In this document: positions 8,380 through 19,200 of the stretch, piece after piece
Layout: every line of letters starts with the position of its first letter
Position numbering within the stretch: position 1 is the stretch's first letter
Origin: Salinivirgaceae bacterium
GTDB taxonomy: Bacteria; Bacteroidota; Bacteroidia; Bacteroidales; SZUA-534
NCBI GenBank assembly: GCA_024405635.1
Contig: JAKSOL010000004.1
Span: forward strand, 64,001 to 128,000
Direction of reading: 5' to 3'
Length of the DNA: 64,000 nucleotides
The notes under the pieces: generated by a model
Database searches by the model: none
Told to the model about the DNA's origin: nothing
What the model saw: only the letters and a program-made list of their open reading frames with translations
Position numbers and translations under genes: made by a program

Positions 8380-9294
8380 TTAAAAATTACGATGATGCAA
8401 CACTGTGGAGTCCATTTCGTTTAGGTTATGCACACCAGTGCGGGCCATTGTGCTTGCAAGTTCGGCAGTCATGTCGTTGATGCGTTGCGACACTGCGTCG
8501 GAGCCTTTTTTTAGCAAAGGCATCAAATGTCGGCCTACTGAAACAGCTTTGGCTCCAAGTGCCAGACATTTATAGGCATCGATGCCGCTTATTATGCCGC
8601 AATCGACAAACACATCGACGTTGTTGCCTACGGCTTTAAGTATATCGCCAATAACCATTAATGGCGGAACTGCATATTGCATAATGCCATGGTGATGCGA
8701 CACAACTATTGCCTTGCAGCCGGCTTTGGCACATTTTTCGGCATCAAAAGCGCTCAACACGCCTTTAACAACAAAAGGAACGCTTGCGGCTTGTACAAAC
8801 TCTGATATTTCGGCTATCGATTTTGGTCGTAAAGGAATATCAAAGCAACTATCGTATCCGCCATTACCATTAAAGGCGTGGTCGATGTCCATGCCCACAG
8901 CCACGCAGCCAGCGTTAACGGCATGTTCAATCTTGCGGAACACCTCGCGGTTGTCGGCATAAGGTTTAACAACTTTAACCGATTTGGCGCCAGTAGCAAT
9001 AATATCTTCTAACTCTTGGTCGTCGCCCATGCCAACCCAGTGTAGAGTGTTGCTTTTAGCGGCGGCCTCGGCATATACAATCATTCCGTTAGTGGCTTTT
9101 TCCTCAATAAAACTTGCGCTCTCTTTGCCTCGCGAACCAAGATGTGAGAGTGCGGCTGTCATAATAGGAGTTGAGAATTGATGTCCAAAAATCTCAATGT
9201 TGGTAGATGGAAGGTCAGAGTCGATGTAGCGAGGTTCGATAAGAAGCGAATCGAAAAAATCGCGGGTTATTTTATCGGAAGATGAGGTGTACAT
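8380..9294 (-). CDS. FMN-dependent alpha-hydroxy acid dehydrogenase/oxidase family protein
   Basis: FSTPIMTAALS, VPFVVKGVLS..DA, IVVSHHHG, VFVDCGIISGIDAYKCLALGAKAVSVGR. Confidence 0.82.
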   Translation of the reverse strand: MYTSSSDKITRDFFDSLLIEPRYIDSDLPSTNIEIFGHQFSTPIMTAALSHLGSRGKESASFIEEKATNGMIVYAEAAAKSNTLHWVGMGDDQELEDIIATGAKSVKVVKPYADNREVFRKIEHAVNAGCVAVGMDIDHAFNGNGGYDSCFDIPLRPKSIAEISEFVQAASVPFVVKGVLSAFDAEKCAKAGCKAIVVSHHHGIMQYAVPPLMVIGDILKAVGNNVDVFVDCGIISGIDAYKCLALGAKAVSVGRHLMPLLKKGSDAVSQRINDMTAELASTMARTGVHNLNEMDSTVLHHRNF

Positions 9295-9318
9295 AAGTCA
9301 ATTCTTTTTATAAAGAAC

Positions 9319-9348
9319 AACCCGTTGCGCATAATACACAACGGGTTA
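9319..9348 (-). terminator. Hairpin downstream of the beta-barrel gene (probable terminator)
   Basis: AACCCGTTG...CAACGGGTT stem located between 9373 and 9294. Confidence 0.5.
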
Positions 9349-9372
9349 TTATAGTACTTTGACGATAGTTAT

Positions 9373-10251
9373 TTAAAATTTTCTGACGCTTTTAACGTGC
9401 AACATTTGGTGCAACTTGTCGAAGTTGATCATCAAACTGGCTTTAACACCAAATTGTAGAGGATTGGCGTGTTTGCATTGGTTTGAAGCAAGCGAGCCGT
9501 TGTAGGTCCCATCGAACGACACAATAGGTTGGTTGCTTTTGTTGGCAATGCTGATAAGGCTGTAGCCAAAGTAGGCACCGCCATACACAAACGTACCTTT
9601 GCTTATTTGGTATGATAAACCAGCCTCGCCGCAAAGAGAAAGGCTAAACGATTTGCAATCGGCAGGTTTCTTTAGTTTGTTTAGTTCAATGGCCGAAAAA
9701 CCATGGTTAGGCAACGAGTCGTAAACCTCGCCAGTTGAAGGGTAGAATCCTTGGGTTTCGTACGAGCCTTCTTTCAGTTTGTACTTCTTAACAATAGGAA
9801 CACCAATCTTTAGGCCAACACCACCAATAAAGTTCACTCCGCGCGATATGTTTGGAATTTGGTAAAGTCCCATGATAGGAATTTCGAGTTGAGTAACTTT
9901 TTGTTTTTCAACAAAATTGGTAAACACAGTTCGCAACTCAAACTCTTCGCCTTCGGGGCTTACTTCGGCATCGAAAGCAGAGCTGCGTTCAATAAAATTG
10001 AAGGTTGTTTTGGCGCCATAGGTTGAAAAGCCAATGCCAGTGCCAACTCCCCAATTGTCATCGATAAAGTAGCGATAACCAAGGTTGAAGGTGATGCCCA
10101 TTTGAGGACCATGGTCGCCGTTGGAAGTTTTGCCTTGCAGAGTGTGCAGTCCGCTACCAAGGTCAACATGTAGCAGTTGGTTTTCTTGAGCAAAAGAGGT
10201 TGCTGCAACAAATAAAAAGGCAGCCGAGAGAAATATCTTGTTCATTTTCAT
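9373..10251 (-). CDS. Outer-membrane beta-barrel protein (OmpA/PorT-like barrel family), paralog A
   Basis: Signal peptide (..ATSFA-QE) and amphipathic strands FNLGYRYF, WGVGTGIG, LEIPI, VYGGAYFGY, FGVKASL. Clear paralog of 31251-32129. Confidence 0.75.
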   Translation of the reverse strand: MKMNKIFLSAAFLFVAATSFAQENQLLHVDLGSGLHTLQGKTSNGDHGPQMGITFNLGYRYFIDDNWGVGTGIGFSTYGAKTTFNFIERSSAFDAEVSPEGEEFELRTVFTNFVEKQKVTQLEIPIMGLYQIPNISRGVNFIGGVGLKIGVPIVKKYKLKEGSYETQGFYPSTGEVYDSLPNHGFSAIELNKLKKPADCKSFSLSLCGEAGLSYQISKGTFVYGGAYFGYSLISIANKSNQPIVSFDGTYNGSLASNQCKHANPLQFGVKASLMINFDKLHQMLHVKSVRKF

Positions 10252-10255
10252 TGCA

Positions 10256-13200
10256 TTACTGTTTTACTACGTTAACCGATTGATTGCCAACCATAATCAG
10301 GTAAGCGCCTTGTGGCAAAGCCGAAAGGTCAATTTGCATGTTGTTGTCAACGGTTTGTTGCAATAGCAGTTGGCCGTTGGCGTCAAACACTTTTATGCTT
10401 TGTCCAGCTTCAATGTTGCCGCCACGTATGGTCACTAGGTTAAGCGTTGGGTTTGGATAAGCGGTTAGTTCAATGGTAGGTCCAAAATCCATGCTGCACG
10501 AGTAATAAGTTTGACCGTCTTTGTTGGTAGCAATAAGGTAGTAGGTGCCAGATAGTCCGCCTACCTCGTTGTAGTAAGCATTGGTGCAAACTTGCTTGTC
10601 GTTGTGCATCCACACGTAGTTATTAAACTGATGTTCAACATCGACAATAGAAACAACGTCGTCCCACATTTTTCTGATAAAGCGTTTGCGAACTTGGTAG
10701 TCAATTTGTTTGGTCAAATGGCTTGAACCAAGTTGGGCGGTTATGCCAATCACACCTTGAGCCGATGCGGAGTCGGGTATGGTGTAAGTGATTCCGTTTT
10801 GGCTGTTGTCGGCAGTTCCGTTTATGGTGTAACTGTAGTTAACGTTGTATAAGGCGCTCGATTTGGTTACTGAAATTTCAAGATCGTCGTCGTTTTCGCA
10901 AGTTACAAACGGATTAGGAGCATCAAAATCGATAAGCGCTTTAATGTCGGTAATGTTTTTGTCGGCAATGCCGTCGCCATCGGTGTCGATGTTGAGGTCG
11001 GGGTTGCCGTCGCCGTCAATGTCGCAGTTAAGGTTGCAAATGCCGTCGTCGGTAAAGTCAACGTTTATTTCGGTGTTCTGTTGCCAAGTAGCAACAAATG
11101 TCAAATTGTGGCTTGGCATTGTGCCAAAGTTGGTAACTAATGTGCCGTTATCGGTTGCCCAACCAGTGAATTTAAATCCAGCTTGGGTTGGAGTGTATGC
11201 AACAATTGGCTCGCCAAACAAAATGCTGTCAACTTTTGAAGTGGTTTCGGTTTCGGCCCAAGTAATGGCGTATTTGTTTTTGTTCCACAAACCAAAGAAT
11301 TCAACAGTGTCGGTAGCAGAGCCAAAGTCGGAAATGGCAACGTTGCTGTTTTGTGAGTTAGACCAACCTGCAAATGAGTAACCGTCGAGCGAAGGATTGG
11401 CGGGAGCTACAATAGGTTCGCCGCGCATCAGTTCAACGGTTGTGGTAATGTCGCCGTTGTTTGGAGTCCAGCTAATAAGCAAATGATTTTCGGTCCAAAG
11501 AGCAAACAAAGTATCGCCAAGTTCGGTCATGGTACCAAATTGGGTTTCAGCATCACCATCGGCAGCATGGCTCCAACCTGCAAAGGTGAATCCATATCGG
11601 CTTGGGTTGGTGGCAGGAGCAACAATTTCGTCGCCAAAATTGAGCGACTTGCTGAAGAATACGCTATCGGTGCCGTCGTTCATCAACCAAACGCTAGCAT
11701 ATTGTTTAACCGACCATATAGCGGTAAACGAAATGTCGTTGGCGGGCATTGTGTTAACCTCGGGAGCCCATGTGTAGTCAAAACCATCGCGCAAAAGAGT
11801 AGGAGCAACAATGGGGCTTTGGTACATGGCTGAGGTGTGAGTGTAAGGCATGTTTAGGTTTATAATGCCATCGCCAATGTTCCAAGTAACGGAGTATGAG
11901 TTTCGGCTATAGAAAACATCTTGCACCGATGAGCCGTCGCCAGCAATGGTTCCAGCCTCAAAAGCGTTAAGAGTAAAGCCGGTGTAGTTATTAGGAATAA
12001 CCTCCATAAGGTCGCCTGTTTTACCGGTGTTGGTAGTTGATTCGGCAAGAGTGTAAGAGCCGTCAAGTTCTTGAGTAAAGTGGCGAACGGTGTAGATTAT
12101 ACCATCGCTTGCCTCCCAAACAACGGTGTAGGTAGCATCGGAGTTAGGCATAGTGGCTGGCACTTGTGGCGACCATGTGTAAGTGAAACCATTGCGGTTT
12201 AATGTTGGAGCAACAAGAGGAGTTCCGTAGTAAACCAATCCATCTTCGGTGTAAGCTGATGCTTCAACCAAGCCTTGAGTAGTAATCCAAGCAAGTGAGT
12301 GTTGGTTGCGAGCGTAGTCGATGCGAACAACTGTTGAGCCATCGCCGTTTATGGTGCTTTGGCTGAAGTTTGCGGTAAAACCAACGGTGTCTTTAGCCAC
12401 TGCAACTGTAGCAGCATCGGCTAAACCCGAAAGAGTTTGAGAGTAAGTGGCGGTTGCGGGATAAGTGCCATCAAGTTGCATAAAGTAATGCTCAACGGTG
12501 TAGTTGGTTGCGCCTGCAGTCCAAACAGCGTTGTAGGTTAGCGCGTTGGCAGGCATTGTGGTAGCAGGTGTTGCGTCCCAAGAGTAACTATATCCAGCCT
12601 TGTAAAGTTGAGGTGCTGTGATGCTAGCGCCATAAACCACCGAACCGCTGGTGTAGCTGTTGGTTGCTGTTCCTCCGTTAAGATTCCAAGTTAAATCGTA
12701 ACTATTGCGGTTGTAGAAAATGTCAATGTCGTTGTTGGCATTGGCGGTAATGGTTTTTTGGCTGAAGGTTTGGCTTGTGAAACCAGTGTACGATTTTGCC
12801 TCGGCAGCAGTAGGAGCATCGGTTTTGCCGCTCAACTGTTGTGTGCTTGATGCGTCAACAGTATAGGTGCCATCAATATTTTGAAGGTTGTGGCGCACAG
12901 TGTAAAGGTTGTCGTTAGCCACCCAAACCGAAGTGAAGGTGGTGTTGGTAGCCGGCATGTTGGATATCACGTTGTCCCACGATCCTGTGTATCCAGCACG
13001 AACAAGCGTAGGAGCGGTAATAGGCGCATCAAAGTAGATGCTGCCAGCAGCAGTGTATGAACCAGTTGCAGAACCTCCGTTGGTAATGTTCCAAGTTAGG
13101 GTGTATTGGTTGCGAGTGTAGTTGATGGTTATTACAGTGCCACCGTTGCCGTTAATAGTGCTTTGGCTTATGCTTTGAGCAGTAAATCCTTCGTATGTTT

Positions 13201-16200
13201 TGGCGGTAGCAGCAGTCGTGCTGCCAGTGGTGCCGTATTTGGTTTCAACATTAGCTTCGGTATAAGTTGAACCATCAAGATTCATTTTGTAGTGTTTAAC
13301 AGTGTAAGGAGTACCTGATGCGGCGGTCCAAATGGCGTAGTAAGTAACGTTGTTTGCAGGCATGGTGCTTATGGTTGCCACAGCGCCTGTTGCCGAAGTT
13401 GACCAACCTGCAAGTTCGTAGCCCGAGTTGGTTACATCGGGAGTAAGAATGGTTGTTCCGTAAGCAATGCTGCCACTTGTGTGTGTGGTGCTAGTTATAC
13501 TTGCTGATGCACCATTATGGCTAGCGTTTAGGTCCCATGTTAAAGTATAGTTGTTAACTGTCCATTTTGCGAACAATGTTCCGTTAGCACTAAACGCTGT
13601 GTTATCGGCAGTGGTGGTAATAAATCCGTTTGCGTCAATCATTTGAGTGCCGTTGCCGTTAACAGCGGTGTAGTAACCGCCAAAGGTGTAGCCTGTTTTG
13701 GTTGGAACGGTGATGGCGTTTGCGCTTGCGGTCATGGCAGCGCCGCCGTTTGTTAGCGCAAATTTGTTGCCGTAAGTTTCGTAAACAGCAGCAGTACCAG
13801 CCGATGTTGCTCCTTGGTTGTCAAGCGTAATGGCATAAGTGTTAGCAGTCCATTTTGCATAAATGGTAACAATGTTTCCGTTGCTTGTAGTAAGGTTAGT
13901 AACACTTTGGCTGTTGGTGTAGTTAGTGCCCGAACCATCGGCATTTGCGGTCCAACCAGCAAATGTGTAACCAGTGCGGGAAAAGGCGTTCGCCGAAAGA
14001 GTTTTAGCAACGTTGTAAGTGTGGCTGCTATTGGTCATTGTGCCATTTGTAGCGCCGTTGCCGTTGTAAGCTACTTCGTAGGTTATGGCAGTCCATTTTG
14101 CATACAAAGTGCCATTAGCGCTAAAGTTGGTATTGCTAGCGTTGGTGGTAATAAATCCGTTTGCATCAATATATTGTGTTCCTGCACCGTTTGCAGCAGT
14201 GTAGTAACCTCCAAAAATGTAACCAGTTTTGGTAGGAACGGTAATGGCGTTTGCACTTGCGGTCATGGCAGCACCGCCATCGGTTAGCGAGTAGTTTTTG
14301 CCAAAGGTTAAATAAATGGTTTGTGTGCCAGCGGTAGTTGCGCTTGCGTTATTAAGAGTAATGGTGTAACTGTTAGCGCTCCATTGAGCGTAAAGGTCAA
14401 CAATTGCGCCATTGGTGTTGCTTAGGTTAGTAACACTTTGGCTGTTTGTGTAGTTAACACCGCTACCATTTGCAGCAGTGTTCCAACCAGTAAAGGTGTA
14501 ACCTGTGCGGGTGAAGGAGTTTGCCGAAAGAGTTTTAGCAGCGTTGTAAGTGTGGCTGCTATTGGTCATTGTGCCACTGCCGTTGTTGGCATTATATCGA
14601 ACTTGGTAAGTGTTGGCAGTCCATTTTGCGTACAAAGTTCCAGCCTCGCTGAATGCAGTGTTGCTTGCATCGGTGGTTAAAAATCCGTCAGCTCCAATAA
14701 ACTGAGTGCCCTCGCCATCTTGTTCGGTGTAGTAGCCGCCAAAGGTGTAGCCTGTTTTGGTTGGAACGGTAATGGCGTTTGCACTTGCGGTCATGGCAGC
14801 ACCGCCGTTTGTAAGAGCAAATTTGCTACCAAATGTTTCGTAAATGGTTGCGCTACCAGTAGTGGTTGCGCTTTGGTTATCGAGCGTAATAGCGTAAGTA
14901 TTGGCGCTCCATTGAGCATAAATGGTGTAAGAACCGTTATTAGCACTAACTAAGTTCGAAACCAAAACTTTATCGGCATACGATGTTCCGCTACCGTTTT
15001 CTTTGGTGTTCCAATTGCTGAATGTGTAACCAGTGCGAGTGAAAGCGTTGGCGCGTAAGTTGCCAGCCACTCCGTAGGTCATGTAACTAGGTGCCATTGT
15101 ACCACTACCGCCATTTGGTTGGTAGCTGATAGTGTACGAATTGGCTGTCCATTTAGCATAAAGAGTGGTGTTAGAAGTAAAGGTAGTTGAGGTTGCCAAA
15201 ATGGTTCCCGATGCATTTACATATTGAGTGCCACCACCATTTATAGCAGTGTAGTAACCGCCAAAGGTGTAACCAGTGCGAGTAGGAATGGTTACGCTTG
15301 CAGGACTATAAGCATTAGCGTAGGTTAGCAACAACGAAGCGGTGCCTGCAGTAGTTGCTCCTTGATTATCAAGAGTTATGGTGTATGTTTTGGCTGTCCA
15401 ATTGGCATACAAAGTAATGTTGGCAGTTGTGGCAGTGTTGCTAGCTACAATTTTACCTGTAGCATCAATATACTTAGTGCCACCGCCGTTTGTAGCAGTG
15501 TAATAACCGTCAAAGTCGTATCCAGTTTTGGTTGGAACGGTAATGGTTGTAACGGCAGCACCTCCATTTGTGGTAGCAAATTTGGTTGCATAGGTCAAGT
15601 ACAAAGTGTTAACCGATTGTGTGCCGCCTTGAGCATTTAATGAAATGGTGTAGGTATTAGCAGTGGCTATTACATAAAGTGTTTTGTTAGTAGCATCGTT
15701 AGCACTAGGAGTAAATGCTGCGCCTGCCTCGTAATTTGTTCCGCTACCATTTGCGGCAGTGTTCCATTTACAAGAGTAACCAGTTTTGCTGATGCTTGGC
15801 AGAGTGAAAGTTGGTGCGGTCCAAGTGGCAGTTAGTGCTACCGAAGCACCATTTGTGCTTGCTAAATTCTTAAAGTATTGTGCTGTTGATGCAGTGCCAG
15901 TCCAGCTTGTGGTAACGTTGGTGCTTGCAGTTCCACTTAATGCCGACGAAGCCAACCCTGTTGCTGTCCATCCAGCAAATGATGCAGCTTTGCTATCAGT
16001 TGTTTTGCCAATGGTGGCGCCAGTGCTATTAGCATTGTATGCCATTGTAAAGGTTTTGGTTGGGTTGCTTATGTTTTTCACTTCGTCAAACAAAGCCGAA
16101 GTTGGCGCACTTGAACCCGCAGTGCCATTGTTAAGCGAGTACGAAATGGTGTAACTATTAGCTGTCCATTTAGCATACAAGGTTGCACTAGCGTTAAAGT

Positions 16201-19200
16201 AAGTGTTGGCTGGTAGAGCGCCATTGGTGCCAATAACTTGTGTGCCGCCACCATTTGCAGCGGTGTAGTATCCGCCAAAAGTGTAGCCAGTGCGTGTAGG
16301 AACGGTTATGCTTGTAACTGCAGTGCCGTTGCTGGTAAGCGCATATTTGCTACCGTAAGTTTCGTAAACCACATCAGTGCCGTTGGTAGCACCAGCGCGG
16401 TCAAGAGTAATGGTGTACTCGTTAACTGTCCAGTTGGCGTACAAAGTTGTGTTTGCGCTAAATTGGGTGTTTGCAACGGTAATAACACCAGTTGCGCTAA
16501 TGCATTGTGTGCCACCACCATTTGCAGCAGTGTAGTAACCGCCAAAGTTGTAACCTGTTTTGGTAGGAATAGTTATGCTGCTTGGACTGAAACTATCGCC
16601 ATAAACCTCGGTTATGCTAGCAGTTCCTGCTGTAGTGGCACTTTGATTGTTAAGGGTGATGGTGTAGCTATTTGGGCTCCAAATGGCGTAGAATTTATTT
16701 CCGCCCACAGCCACAGTGCCGTAGCTTGATATTGTACTGCCGTTATTGGAAGCACTCCAACCCTTAAACGTGTAACCTGTTCTGCTAGGATTAGCTGGAG
16801 CGCTAATGCTGCTGCCAAATGCTGCGCTATTGCTTTCAACGGTTGTACTTGTTCCATCGTTTTTGTACCACACCACATCGTAGTTGTTTACTGACCATTG
16901 TGCGTACAAAGCACCATTTGCACTAAAGTTGGTGCTGCTAGCGTTTGCGGTAATGTAGCCGTTAGCATCAATGTATTGCGAGCCACCACTTGCAGCAGTG
17001 TAAAATCCGTTAAACGTGTAACCGGTGCGAGTTGGCACCGTTATGGCGTTGGTGGTTACAGTCATTTTGTTGCTTACAACGCCCGATGTGTTGGTTAGAT
17101 AAAAACCGTTGTTGTAATTTTCGTAAATGGTTGAGGTTTCAAGGTTGCCACCTTCGGCACTTAAACTGATGCTATAGGTCAAAGGAGTCCAAATAGCATA
17201 ATAGGTTAAGTCTGATGCGGGCATTGTGCTTGCTACTGAGCCTGTTACAGCATCGGCGTTAGTGCTCCAAGTAAGTAAGTAGCCTGTTTTTGTAGGACTT
17301 GGAGCGGTAATGTTGCTTTGGTATTTGGTGCTGATTGTGGTAGTGTTGCCATCGTTAACCCAATTCAAATTGTAGCTGTTGCGTGTGTATAGGTATTTTA
17401 CCACGCTTGTTCCATCGCCAGCAATGGCTACGTTTTGTACTTCGCTGAAAGTAAAACCAGTAACGGTTTTTTTAGCTGAAGCAGGTTCAGTTGTCATTGT
17501 TCCGGTTGTTCCAGTTTTGTTTTCGGCAGTGGCAAACAATTCGGTATAAGTTCCAGCAGTGGCAAGGCTTTCGCCTAAGTGCTGAACTTGATAAGGTGTG
17601 TTGGTGTTTGGATTCCAAAATGCATACAATGTGTTTGATGCACTATATGTGCTGAATAAATAGCTTCCACCTAAATCCCAAGTTTTGACGTTACTGTTGG
17701 CATCTTGTGCCCAACCTTGCAGCGTGTATCCAACTCGTGTAAATCCGCCCCTTGGCAAAGTGATTGACGAACTTGTGGTGCTACCTGTCATTGCATCAAT
17801 GGTTCCTGTACCTCCGTTGGCATTAAAACTGATGTTGTAACCTATTAGAGCTAGCACATTAAACGATACCGATTTTTCGTCGTTTTCGGCATCGTTGTCG
17901 CAACTAATGCGAGCCATGTAGTTGTAGGTGCCTTGTGCATTTGGGTTAATGGTGAATTTGAGTGTGGCTGTGCTGCCTGAGGCAAGTGTGCCCACAGTCC
18001 AAATGCCAGAGTTGAATGTTCCTGCTGTTGGGAACCCGCTTACTGCTGTTGGTGTGCTACTGCTCGAAATGGATGTAGGGAACACAACTTGTACGTTTTC
18101 GGCATTGGTTGGATTTAAGTTTTGTACTACTATCTCAACATTAACCAAGTCGCCCTCGGTTATTTTTTTGCCCGAAATGCTTGTGCCGTTTTTGTCGGTT
18201 AGCGTAAGTGTTTTTATAGTTGCATCAAAACCAGCGTAGCAACCTGCATTCTTTGCAAAGGTTAGTGCTTGCTTAACGTTTATTGTTTGGTTTTGCCCCG
18301 ATGTAAAGTTGTAAGCTACACCCGATGCCGAGTTTGACGAGTATTTTATTTGATAGTTTATGTTCCCTCCTTTGGGGTAAGGTACCGCCGACATGCAGAA
18401 TAAACCACTGCCGTTGGTAACCGCACTAAATGGTTCGTTGTTGCCGTCAAGAATTTGCGAACTTCCATCGGCATTCCAAAGTGTTACAGTTATTCCTGCC
18501 AATCCCAGTTCGCTTGCGTCCCAAGTTTGGTTTTGGTTGTTGTCAAAATATACTTTACCTTGAATAATGCCATAGTTATATATTGCATCGGCATCGTCAA
18601 CTGCTATCTCGCTTATTTTAACATAGTCGTCGCCTTCTTGGGTTTTGTAGGCCCAAAAGTCAAGTATAGAGTTATTGCCAAGGCTGTTTGCATTGTATGA
18701 AAATTTTAATGCACCGCCACTTGATTGGTTAGAGTAGTATGGATTACCAGCTGTAAAAGTGCCAGGATTTGGAGTACGATTGGCTACATTAACGTATGTT
18801 CCGTTGTAGGTGGTGTAACTACCGCCATCAAAATAAACGGCATATTGCTCGTTGCTGTTAAGCGATGTGCTACCAGTAGCAAGTGCATTCATCAGTTTCA
18901 AAATACAGCCGTTAGGGTTTCCTTCAACGTCAAACATTGGCAAGTGAACCTCGCCTCCGTGAACTCGCAACTGAACTTCGTACTTGTCGGCATCTTTGGT
19001 AACAGCATTGCCTTGGGCATCGGTTCCGTCCCAAATAATGTAATTCTGCCCTTTTGATGCTGCGTTCATAATAACCTTGTCGCGGTAGTCAAATACTACA
19101 ACATCGTTACCAAAGTTGTCAACATCGCGGTTGGTGTTTATAATAAGTTCGTAGGTGCATTGTTGGTCAAAATTCATGGTAAACATGCCGCCACTGCCTT

